Source: Candidatus Woesearchaeota archaeon | Lineage (GTDB): Archaea > Nanobdellota > Nanobdellia > Pacearchaeales > GW2011-AR1 | Assembly (NCBI GenBank): GCA_964612895.1 | Contig: CAZTFL010000001.1 | Location: 510,223-574,222, forward strand | Reading direction: 5' to 3' | Length of the DNA: 64,000 nucleotides | Shown here: positions 10,101 through 16,119 of the stretch, piece by piece | Numbering within the stretch: the first letter of the stretch is position 1 | Layout of the letters: every line of letters starts with the position of its first letter | Translations under genes and position numbers: made by a program | The notes under the pieces: generated by a model | Database searches by the model: none | The model's input: the letters and a program-made list of their open reading frames with translations, nothing else | Told to the model about the DNA's origin: nothing

Positions 10101-10310
10101 AAAAACGGAGATAATATGGCTTTTTTGACTATATTTAGCAAAGATAAATATTGTGATTGTGTCATATTTCCTAAAATTTATGATGAATTTTATACTATAA
10201 TGGATATAAAAGAATTTGATGGTATTGTTGTTAGTGGTATTTATAGAGAAAATAAAGAAAATGGTGGTAGTCTAATCGTTGAAGAAATAAATAAAGCAAG
10301 ATTTATCTAA
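3855..10310 (+). CDS. Fusion protein: PolD large subunit DP2 (aa 1 to about 1085) joined in frame to a DnaE-type DNA polymerase III alpha subunit (aa about 1118-2151)
   Basis: DP2 marks: FSGPIRSAGTT, VRGGVCLVLAEALAQKA, GSFRFRYGKSRDSGFSAVGISPATM, GTQLKLEKPIKGA, GARMGRPEKA, KDGTIRYDATE, APHNCAGVVGRV, RRDCDGDE, CSSCGx15CMKCGG. DnaE marks: HLHLHSEYSFLDGA, ITEHGNM, CDSHY, GPGRGSGAGSIVAYLLGIT, LPDFDIDF, FQLES, RPGPM, YQEQVM, FNKSHAAAYA, and a C-terminal OB region. The ORF is single and uninterrupted. Confidence 0.9.
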   Translation: MDKKIFGYWNEDDYFDDLNERINNSYKIANIAKQKGVDCIKEVEIPIAKSVAERCVNLVRTIYPELPLKEISDEIVNFENKFGKQNGSVAFFISKEIAECKFFNFTKKEDAIDAGLRVGFSYLTLGVVASPLEGYTGLTIVKEGDSNFFNVKFSGPIRSAGTTTTCVFLMLVDYLRESFGYDKYVASEEEINRYYIECLDYNNNVSNLQYLPTEEELKFLVKNIPIQIDGDPTGDLEVSNYKDLKRVFTNKVRGGVCLVLAEALAQKASKAIHRLRGIKNNGIICSGFDYLNEYSLIHSKNIVGEKGEAVYIKDLVAGRPVYGYPSRSGSFRFRYGKSRDSGFSAVGISPATMGVSDGFLSFGTQLKLEKPIKGAIVTSCDSIDGPIVKLKNGSVKKIESYDEGRKISKDILEIIYLGDILVSLGDVVDRNSVLLKSAYVEEWWNLELKNKMEIMGDFLDYDKYNISFNDALKLSKKYSVPLYPKYIYYWKEISVKQFIELLNWIKSGSWTDDSKKFILPFGMISKDKYNVAKRTLELIGVIHDVILDNVVLEEEIAKSIFVNIGIFNNFEKIEDIIKFSKDKEDVLLILNNFSEFLINDKSGEFIGARMGRPEKAKLRKQSGGFNLLSNLSLKDLDENEKNKLKSFLLNLNQDEKVLNFVKNKKIDNELFNEDFRKGILRAIYNLNVNKDGTIRYDATEIPLTHFKPMEIGVGIEKLKDLGYDIDIFGNELLTDKQILELKPHDIIFPKNSYSVFLKICNFLDEELSRIYGVDKFFKLKDENDFIGQLIVCIAPHNCAGVVGRVLGFSQMEGILASPYMHAAIRRDCDGDEMSVIMLMDALLNFSKKYLPSHRGGSQDAPLILNSRIYEGEVDDQILEYDISYEYGLDLYKKSQIKEHSSKVLNDNVKSRLKEGFSGFSNIGFTHNTFDINVGEKNSSYKNLVTMREKVEMQMQLVDKIRAVDKDDVAKMIIEKHFLKDILKNLSNFFKQGFRCSSCGLKHRRIPLSGVCMKCGGNLLMTVSYASIKKYLNSAILLSQKYKIPEYTLENLNLTKKYIEDIFGVDKQLELFKDEKLNTEENNFLENISDFKKDFSIEKQSKINDEDFKKINKKEIENIDFVHLHLHSEYSFLDGAIKINDLFKRVKELGMSSVAITEHGNMESLINKYQLAKKEGIKLIFGMEAYIVNDMLINDKNEKRYHLILIAKNNEGLKNLMKLSSLAYCKGFYYKPRIDKNILKQYSEGIICMSACLANDIASNIVDDNIDEAKKKLDEYLDIFGKDNFYLEVQNHNIEEERKVRNIYYKWADEFGLNIVATCDSHYLLKEDARAHEAMLCIQTNGFLDDNNHFHFSGDGYYVMSKEEMIERFSDRLDAISNTRKIADMCNVDLILGDTTFPNYDTPDNSDHDEYLKKLCQNGLEKVYGNKNNYNEAKERMEYELSVIKKMGFSTYFLIVQDFIKAAKNKCQVGPGRGSGAGSIVAYLLGITQLEPLHLGLLFERFLNPDRISLPDFDIDFGDRDVVVNYVKEKYGEDKVALIGTYGTMSAKSVLKDVMRVFKIPFNIANQITNFVSEKTIKESLELKDSSGKFSNKELNDFKKKYSEIFDIAMKLEGCVRHKGVHACGVVWGKKPITEYLPIMEKDGFIVAQAEGHEIEDLGLVKFDFLGLETLNITKKVLNFINKEDEWLENIDLTDKSVYEMLKQGDSVGVFQLESSGMQKTLKSVGPTCFDDIIAIVALYRPGPMQYLDVYGNRKYGKEKVIYPHPLAEEILAPTYGIMVYQEQVMHLAQKLAGFSMSEADTLRKAIGKKKMDLMKSMEEKFKNGCLNVAKMNQKDIDKLWDDIVKFASYSFNKSHAAAYALIAYRTAYLKKYYPTEFMASTISSSIHDPEKMSFYLEETRKMGINILGPDINTSLRSFNVELIGKKKIIRFGLSGIKNVGEGAIDSILKNRDYISFKDFLSKVDLTKVNKRVVKNLICVGCFDNFGISRGELLSIYEGTGNSNSIKQTTLFSNKKEESIHVIKMELKDMINFEKELMGVCISCNPMDLFVESKSEILNNYNLKDSERLSLFGIVKKFRKTKTKNGDNMAFLTIFSKDKYCDCVIFPKIYDEFYTIMDIKEFDGIVVSGIYRENKENGGSLIVEEINKARFI
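7209..10310 (+). other. dnaE: DnaE (family C polymerase alpha) module of the fusion ORF: PHP, palm/thumb/fingers, HhH, OB
   Basis: PHP HxH starts at 7209. The catalytic PDFDIDF is at 8382-8402, a QTTLF clamp-binding-like motif at 9873-9887, and the OB fold near the C-terminus. Confidence 0.85.
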
Positions 10311-10349
10311 TATACAAAACTTTATAAATTATCATTATAAAATCATTGT

Positions 10350-10499
10350 ATGGAAAAATGTGTTAGTTGTGATAAATCTGGAGTTGATGGAGTAAAATTT
10401 CCTTGTCCTAAATGCGGTTTTGAAATGTTTAGATGTAAGAAGTGTAGAAGTCTTTCTATCGATTATGTTTGTCCTAAATGTGGATATTTCGGACCTTAA
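10350..10499 (+). CDS. Small Zn-ribbon protein (COG2888-like) commonly found upstream of aEF-1beta
   Basis: Hand translation: MEKCVSCDKSGVDGVKFPCPKCGFEMFRCKKCRSLSIDYVCPKCGYFGP. It has four CxxC pairs and sits next to EF-1beta. It is below the ORF-track size cutoff. Confidence 0.7.
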   Translation: MEKCVSCDKSGVDGVKFPCPKCGFEMFRCKKCRSLSIDYVCPKCGYFGP

Positions 10500-10504
10500 T
10501 TAAA

Positions 10505-10777
10505 ATGGGAATGAGTGCTGTTCAATATAAAATTATGCCAAATGGGCTAGATGTGGATTTAAATCTTTTAGTGGAAGAATGTAAAAAAATTATTTCCAAA
10601 TTTGGTGGTATAATTTCCGATTTTGAAAAAAAACCGATAGCTTTTGGATTAAATGCGTTAATTATATCTTTTGCATTTCCAGAAGGTAATGAAATTGATA
10701 TTCTTGGAAATTCTCTATCTGATTTAAATGGTGTTTCTTCTGTAGATATGATAGATTATAGAAGAGCTCTAGGTTAG
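10505..10777 (+). CDS. ef1b: Translation elongation factor aEF-1 beta
   Basis: MGMSAVQYKIMPNGLDVDL...KPIAFGLNALIISFAFPEG...VSSVDMIDYRRAL. The start is moved to the in-frame ATG at 10505 to avoid overlapping the Zn-ribbon gene. Confidence 0.8.
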   Translation: MGMSAVQYKIMPNGLDVDLNLLVEECKKIISKFGGIISDFEKKPIAFGLNALIISFAFPEGNEIDILGNSLSDLNGVSSVDMIDYRRALG

Positions 10778-10785
10778 TTTTTTTT

Positions 10786-11226
10786 ATGAGTTTTAATATA
10801 GAAGAACTTACAGAAGATTTATTGAAGAGTACTTCTATTTTTTTAGAAACATTATCTAATTTAAGATATACAGGAGATATTTCATTAGAAAGACAAATCG
10901 AAATTTTATCTAAAATTAATAATCAAGATGGACATATTTTTGTTGCAGTTGAAGATAATAAATATATTATAAGTACATCTACAATTTTGATTGAACAAAA
11001 ATTTATAAGAAATGGTGGAAAGGTTGGTCATATTGAAGATGTTGCAACTAATCCATGTTATTTAAAAAGAGGGATTGGTCATTTAGTCGTTAATAGATGT
11101 GTTGAATATGCAAAAGAAAGAGGTTGTTATAAAGTTATATTAGATTGCTCTAAAGAGTTAATTGATTTTTATTCAAGTTCTGGTTTTAGAAAAGAGGATG
11201 AACATATGAGGATGGATTTAAAATAG
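10786..11226 (+). CDS. GNAT family N-acetyltransferase (GNA1-like)
   Basis: GHIEDVATNPCYLKRGIGHLVVNRCVEYAKERGCYKVILDC matches the GNAT acetyl-CoA binding motif A. Confidence 0.7.
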   Translation: MSFNIEELTEDLLKSTSIFLETLSNLRYTGDISLERQIEILSKINNQDGHIFVAVEDNKYIISTSTILIEQKFIRNGGKVGHIEDVATNPCYLKRGIGHLVVNRCVEYAKERGCYKVILDCSKELIDFYSSSGFRKEDEHMRMDLK

Positions 11227-11266
11227 TTACCAAAATTCTTATTAAGTATAGGAATCTTTTGTTATT

Positions 11267-11389
11267 ATGAAAAATAAAAGAGGAGAGTCTGGTGGTGAAT
11301 CCGAAGATATGATAAAATGGATATTGTGGATTTCTATATTGTTAGCTGTTGGAACGATGATTTTTATAAATTTAAAAAAAATTCTGTAA
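11267..11389 (+). CDS. Small membrane protein opening the pilin-like operon
   Basis: Hand translation: MKNKRGESGGESEDMIKWILWISILLAVGTMIFINLKKIL. It shares the MKNKRG start with downstream pilin-like ORFs. Below the ORF-track cutoff. Confidence 0.4.
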   Translation: MKNKRGESGGESEDMIKWILWISILLAVGTMIFINLKKIL

Positions 11390-11390
11390 A

Positions 11391-11744
11391 ATGAAAAATA
11401 AAAGAGCACAAATTTTACAACAAACATTAATTCATATAATTATTATAGGATTGGTTGCCTCTATATTTATGTTTTCTATTTTTCAAAGAATAGATAGTCG
11501 GGGTGTTAGACAACAATTAATTGAAAAACAAGTAGCCTTATTGATTGATTCTTCAATTTCGGGAGTTGTTATATATATTGATAAAATTAATCCTGCAGGA
11601 TATATTAGTAGTGTTAAAATAAATGGAAATAAGATATTTATAGTTGTTGATGATTTGGTGTCAATTAATGGGTATTCGTTTTTTTCTTTATATGAGGTTA
11701 GTATTAAAGAGGAGGATGATTTTTTTAAAATAACTATAAAATGA
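11391..11744 (+). CDS. Type IV pilin-like protein (class III signal peptide)
   Basis: MKNKRAQILQQTLIHIIIIGLVASIFMF: basic K-R-A/G motif followed by a hydrophobic helix. The gene is in an overlapping operon with a prepilin peptidase. Confidence 0.55.
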   Translation: MKNKRAQILQQTLIHIIIIGLVASIFMFSIFQRIDSRGVRQQLIEKQVALLIDSSISGVVIYIDKINPAGYISSVKINGNKIFIVVDDLVSINGYSFFSLYEVSIKEEDDFFKITIK

Positions 11745-12232
11745 AAAACAAGAATGGCGCGGGTGCAATAAGCGATATGGTTTTTATGGGTTATAGAATA
11801 GTTATGATAATTATAATCGGTTTTTTAGTTATAGGAATATCTGTATTTGCTTATAATAATGATGTAAATGTTAAACAGGTAGAGTCGATTATTTTAGCAA
11901 AGAATCTTTACAATTGTTTTGTTTCAGAAAATTATATTTTAATGAAAGAAAGCATTAGAGATTATAAGAATAGTATTTTGGAATATTGTGGTTATGATAA
12001 AGGACAAATAAGTAGATTTTATGTAAAAGTTGATATTTTAACTAATAACGTTATCGTTGAAAGTTTTTCTCAAGGGGATTCTGGGAAAATGTGGATATAC
12101 GAGACTATGAAAGAAGAAAAAGATGTTTCAGATAAAAATTCTTTACCTGGATATACTATTATGAGTTTTCCTATTTATTATGAAGGACAAAATTCAAAAA
12201 TAAATATTTCCACTCTGGTAAATGATGAATAA
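11741..12232 (+). CDS. Type IV pilin-like protein
   Basis: MKNKNGAGAISDMVFMGYRIVMIIIIGFLVIGISVF; ATGA overlap with the upstream gene. Confidence 0.5.
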   Translation: MKNKNGAGAISDMVFMGYRIVMIIIIGFLVIGISVFAYNNDVNVKQVESIILAKNLYNCFVSENYILMKESIRDYKNSILEYCGYDKGQISRFYVKVDILTNNVIVESFSQGDSGKMWIYETMKEEKDVSDKNSLPGYTIMSFPIYYEGQNSKINISTLVNDE

Positions 12233-12821
12233 AAAAGGACAAATTGGTGACTTGATGTCAAATTATGTGATGACTATAGTTATAATTGTTATATTAATAG
12301 TGTTTGGTCTTTCGAATACTTTATTAAAAGTTTCTAGTAGTAATGACAATAAATTATCTACTCTTGAATTTGAAATAGAAACTTATGAATCTCTATTTAG
12401 TAAATACATAAATTATGTCTTCAAGAATAAAGACAAAGAAATTGATTGTGATATCAATGAATTAATAATTAATAGAATAGACTCCAGAGAGTATAAAGGA
12501 AATCTTATAGATTTTAAAGAGGAGAATAATATGATATTTGTTAAGGATGTTCTTTTTGAATGGGAAGAATTATCTTGTCCAGCGGGGGATAGAGATTTTA
12601 ATTATTATAAATTAAGTAATAAAATATTTTATTCTTGTTGTCCAGATAATAATGATATTAATTCTTGCAATGTAACATTTTGTACAAGTAGTAATTATAA
12701 AAATATGTTTGATGAAATGTGTGGCAGTTTTAATGATATAACAAATAAACACAACAAACCATTGGAGTATTTTGTAAATCAATATAAGGAGCTTTTTTTA
12801 AATGAAAAATATAATTGTTAG
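12222..12821 (+). CDS. Type IV pilin-like protein, Cys-rich C-terminal domain
   Basis: MMNKKGQIGDLMSNYVMTIVIIVILIVF (KKG-Q motif); overlaps both neighbours. Confidence 0.55.
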   Translation: MMNKKGQIGDLMSNYVMTIVIIVILIVFGLSNTLLKVSSSNDNKLSTLEFEIETYESLFSKYINYVFKNKDKEIDCDINELIINRIDSREYKGNLIDFKEENNMIFVKDVLFEWEELSCPAGDRDFNYYKLSNKIFYSCCPDNNDINSCNVTFCTSSNYKNMFDEMCGSFNDITNKHNKPLEYFVNQYKELFLNEKYNC

Positions 12822-13332
12822 AAAAAATAAAAGAGGGGATATTATAAGTTTATGGTTAGTTATGTTGACCTTAGTTATGTGCGTAACATCTATAATGGTT
12901 TATGTGAATGTTCAAAATAAAATAAATATATCTTTGGCTACTCCAGAAAAAGTATTAAAATTAGAAGAAGAAAAGCAAATTTTTGAAGCAAATGAAAGGA
13001 TTGTGTTCTCTAAAACATATAAGGAAATAAGTATTTCAGATTTAGAAAAATTAAAAAATAAATTTTGTTCCGAAATGTTTAATTATTCAAAATTTATAAC
13101 GCACGATTATTTCGATGGACAAAAGAAGTTTGAAGATTCTTTTTGGAATTCGTTAGAGTGGTTGAATTTATGTAAAAGCATTTATACTATAGAGGATATT
13201 AATAATAAAATAAAGGTAAGTAGAAAGGAGGTAAAAAAACAATTTAAAGTTTCTTCGGATGTAATAACTAGTATTTCATTTTCAAATAAGATAAAATATT
13301 CGTTTTCACATTCTTTTGAAATAGATAAATAG
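12802..13332 (+). CDS. Type IV pilin-like protein
   Basis: RKNKRGDIISLWLVMLTLVMCVTSIMVYV (KRG-D motif followed by a TM). Confidence 0.5.
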   Translation: MKNIIVRKNKRGDIISLWLVMLTLVMCVTSIMVYVNVQNKINISLATPEKVLKLEEEKQIFEANERIVFSKTYKEISISDLEKLKNKFCSEMFNYSKFITHDYFDGQKKFEDSFWNSLEWLNLCKSIYTIEDINNKIKVSRKEVKKQFKVSSDVITSISFSNKIKYSFSHSFEIDK

Positions 13333-13340
13333 TTTAATTT

Positions 13341-13487
13341 ATGATGGATTACGGTGGATGTGATAAGAGAACTACAAAGAAAGATTTAAAGAGGAAAAGA
13401 ACATTTAGAGTTTATAAGAGAGGAGGAACATTTAGAGGACAAAATATTTCTTCTAATGGGAATTCAAATGAGGATAAAAAGAAATAA
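13341..13487 (+). CDS. Possible small basic protein
   Basis: Hand translation: MMDYGGCDKRTTKKDLKRKRTFRVYKRGGTFRGQNISSNGNSNEDKKK. Its stop overlaps the start of the peptidase gene (TAATG). No homology recognised. Confidence 0.25.
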   Translation: MMDYGGCDKRTTKKDLKRKRTFRVYKRGGTFRGQNISSNGNSNEDKKK

Positions 13488-14317
13488 TGGCGATTAATTT
13501 TTTATTTATTTTTTTTGCAGTTGGAATTCTAATTGCTTGTATTCAGGACATTAAGAGACGGGAAATTGATAGATGGCTTACTTATATTTTATTGATAGGT
13601 GGTTTTTTGTACTTAATTGTTGGCGTTATTATTAACAGAGATTATATTATGTTTTTTCAAATGAGCTTTAGTATTTTAATTATGTTTTTATTATCTAATT
13701 TATTATATTATTCTAAGTTTTTTGCCGGCGGAGATTCTAATTTGTTGTTTTCTATGAGTGCTTTTTTCGTTGGAAGGAGCGTTCTAATTAGCTCATTGAA
13801 TATACTATCTTTTATTGTTATTTTATTTATTTCGGGAGGTCTTTATGGATTATTCTATTCATTATTTTTATATTTTAAAAATTTCGAAGAGGTAAATAAG
13901 AGTATAAAATATAATTTTAAAAAGACGAAATTAAAATATTTTTTATTAGTAAGTTTACCATTCTTTATTTTTTCGTTTTTACATATATTTTTATTGCCAT
14001 TAGCTGTGATGCTATTTCTATTCCCAATTTTATTTGTTCTTACAAAGGCGTTAGAAGAAAAATGTTTAACAAAAACAATAAGTACTAGTAATTTACGTTC
14101 TGGAGATTGGATAAATGAAGATATTAAAATTAAAAATAAAATAATAAAATCTTCTTTCTATGGCGTAAATGAAGAGGATATTAAATTATTAAAACTCAAT
14201 GAAAATATTACAATAAAAGAGGGAATCCCGTTTGCGCCTGTTTTTTTAATATCTTTACTTGTTGGACTATTTTTATTTGAGAAAATTTTTACTTTTATAT
14301 ATCAGTTTTTTCTTTAA
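13487..14317 (+). CDS. A24 family prepilin/preflagellin peptidase (PibD/FlaK/EppA-like)
   Basis: Polytopic membrane protein with the two catalytic Asp contexts IQDIKRREIDRWL and FFAGGDSNLLF, and a C-terminal GIPFAPVFL motif. Confidence 0.8.
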   Translation: MAINFLFIFFAVGILIACIQDIKRREIDRWLTYILLIGGFLYLIVGVIINRDYIMFFQMSFSILIMFLLSNLLYYSKFFAGGDSNLLFSMSAFFVGRSVLISSLNILSFIVILFISGGLYGLFYSLFLYFKNFEEVNKSIKYNFKKTKLKYFLLVSLPFFIFSFLHIFLLPLAVMLFLFPILFVLTKALEEKCLTKTISTSNLRSGDWINEDIKIKNKIIKSSFYGVNEEDIKLLKLNENITIKEGIPFAPVFLISLLVGLFLFEKIFTFIYQFFL

Positions 14318-14937
14318 GGAATTCTTTCTTCAAAATGTGGAAGTTTCTGTTTTGTATTTTCTTCTGACTTATTTTCTTTCTTTTCATTTTCTTCAATTTT
14401 AACACTCTCTTCTTTTTTCTTTTCTGGAAGTTTCTCTGATTTTTGAAGTTCTTTTTTTATTTCTTCTAAAGATTCAGTGGTTACTTTTTTCTTTTCTAAT
14501 TTTTCTCCATAATTTGGAATTATTTCTAAAACATTGTGACCGAACATTTTTCCTTCGTTTACATTTATATCTAATGGAGAATATGCGTTGATTATTTTTG
14601 AACTAACAGTTTTTGATAATTCAATCATTTCTTTTGTTGTATTAGATTCGTGAATTTTACTTACAATTAATGTGTGTGCTTTTGATTGAGGATTTATTTC
14701 AAGTATGGCGATAGCATCTTCGTTTTCATTTATTTGAATACTGGGGATTTCTTTTTTTATAATAGAACAAAAAATACAATTATTGGATTGAGTTTGATTT
14801 TTGATTAATTTTTCAAAATCATCTTCAGACATAGATTCAATTTTTTCCCTCATTTCAGATTGTTCTTTTTCTGGTAATTTTTCAATTTGTTTGTAGAGTT
14901 GTTTTTTTATATTTTCAATAGCGTTATTTTCTTTCAT
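14314..14937 (-). CDS. HIT-superfamily protein with a degenerate histidine triad and E/K-rich extensions
   Basis: CIFCSIIKKEIPS...AIAILEINPQSKAHTLIVSKIHE is HIT-like. The triad position reads GHNVLEIIP instead of HxHxHxx. Confidence 0.6.
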   Translation of the reverse strand: MKENNAIENIKKQLYKQIEKLPEKEQSEMREKIESMSEDDFEKLIKNQTQSNNCIFCSIIKKEIPSIQINENEDAIAILEINPQSKAHTLIVSKIHESNTTKEMIELSKTVSSKIINAYSPLDINVNEGKMFGHNVLEIIPNYGEKLEKKKVTTESLEEIKKELQKSEKLPEKKKEESVKIEENEKKENKSEENTKQKLPHFEERIP

Positions 14938-14967
14938 TCTAAAGTTATATGACTTTATTTAATAAAT

Positions 14968-15294
14968 TTATTCACAAGATAAACTATAACATGGTTTTAT
15001 ATTTACTCCTGTAATTGTTTTTTTTGATAAATCAGAGCAATTAGAAATAATTTTTTCGTTTTCATTTAATTTTAAAGTGATTTCTTTTGTGCAAAAATTT
15101 AAGTCCTTCTCTATACACATTAATTCACATGAGTTTTGAACAGCTTCAACATTTGTATAACAATTTGCGAATGCACAAATTTTTGAATCAAAGAATTTCC
15201 ATTGTGTAGAAAATCCATATATTACAAAAGAAATTACAATTATTCCTATTATTATTCCTATCAACACTTCCATTTGCATATCAGCTCTTTTCAT
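14968..15294 (-). CDS. Type IV pilin-like protein, 6-Cys family
   Basis: MKRADMQMEVLIGIIIGIIVISFVIYGF, then the Cys pattern SCx3Cx7FC...NC...CxxxSC shared with the 15582 and 16120 products. Confidence 0.65.
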   Translation of the reverse strand: MKRADMQMEVLIGIIIGIIVISFVIYGFSTQWKFFDSKICAFANCYTNVEAVQNSCELMCIEKDLNFCTKEITLKLNENEKIISNCSDLSKKTITGVNIKPCYSLSCE

Positions 15295-15353
15295 TTAATT
15301 TAAAAATACATTTCATTAATAAATTTTTGTTATTCTAATAAAATTCTACAATA

Positions 15354-15363
15354 ATTATAAATA
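15354..15363 (+). promoter_or_regulatory. Candidate TATA box for a leaderless pilin transcript
   Basis: ATTATAAATAGTATAAT lies about 25-30 nt upstream of ATG 15386. The same TTATAAATAGTATAAT string recurs at 15551-15566, upstream of ATG 15582. Confidence 0.4.
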
Positions 15364-15385
15364 GTATAATATATAAGAAATACAT

Positions 15386-15538
15386 ATGGTTACTCAAAAA
15401 AGAGGAGAGATGAGCATGGTTACTCTTGTTGGAATAATAATAGCTGTCGTTGTTTTGGTAGTAGTTGTTTATGGATTTACATCTGGTTGGGATGTCCTTT
15501 GGGATAAAATTATGAATATTGCAAATATATCCCCTTAA
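15386..15538 (+). CDS. Truncated pilin paralog (signal peptide and helix only, 50 aa); possible minor pilin or gene remnant
   Basis: Hand translation: MVTQKRGEMSMVTLVGIIIAVVVLVVVVYGFTSGWDVLWDKIMNIANISP. The first 117 nt are nearly identical to 16108-16224. Below the ORF-track cutoff. Confidence 0.5.
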   Translation: MVTQKRGEMSMVTLVGIIIAVVVLVVVVYGFTSGWDVLWDKIMNIANISP

Positions 15539-15581
15539 TTCTAAAAACATTTATAAATAGTATAATGTATAAATTGTATAT

Positions 15582-16019
15582 ATGGTGTTAAAAAAAAGAG
15601 GGGAGATGAGTATGGCTACTCTTGTCGGAATAATAATAGCTGTCGTTGTTTTGGTAGTAGTTATCTATGGATTTACATCTGGTTGGAATAATGTTTGGGG
15701 AAAAATTACAAATATTGGAAATATAGGTGAAGATAATATCGGAGTTATGAAAACATCTTGTTTGTCTGCTTGTTCTACAAATGATGAATATAGTTTTTGT
15801 ACATTAAAGAGAAATTTAGTGTATAAAGGATTTTATACAGATGATAATAATAACGAAAAAAGTTATATTGCTAAAGGTAGTTTTTCTTGTAATGATATGA
15901 CAAAGACTCTTTATATTAATAGTACAAATTCAAATAAAACAATAGTAAATGTTACTGGTCCTGGTTTTAAAGAATTAAATATTGAAGTTTCAGATTGTTC
16001 TTATTTTAGTTGTTCATAA
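15582..16019 (+). CDS. Type IV pilin-like protein, 6-Cys family
   Basis: KKRGEMSMATLVGIIIAVVVLVVVIYGFTSGWNNVWGKITNIGNIGEDN, then a conserved Cys pattern. Confidence 0.7.
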   Translation: MVLKKRGEMSMATLVGIIIAVVVLVVVIYGFTSGWNNVWGKITNIGNIGEDNIGVMKTSCLSACSTNDEYSFCTLKRNLVYKGFYTDDNNNEKSYIAKGSFSCNDMTKTLYINSTNSNKTIVNVTGPGFKELNIEVSDCSYFSCS

Positions 16020-16119
16020 TTATATTTTTTATAAATAAATTTTTTAAATAAAGGGGATTTTTCGTAAGATTGTTTTTTAGAGTAAGATTTATATATATAT
16101 TATTACTTAAGAAATACAT

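Noticed and set aside
10478-10504. Upstream ATG 10478 as the start of aEF-1beta.
   Set aside because: It would overlap the Zn-ribbon gene and add a non-homologous MWIFRTLIK peptide. ATG 10505 gives the canonical N-terminus.
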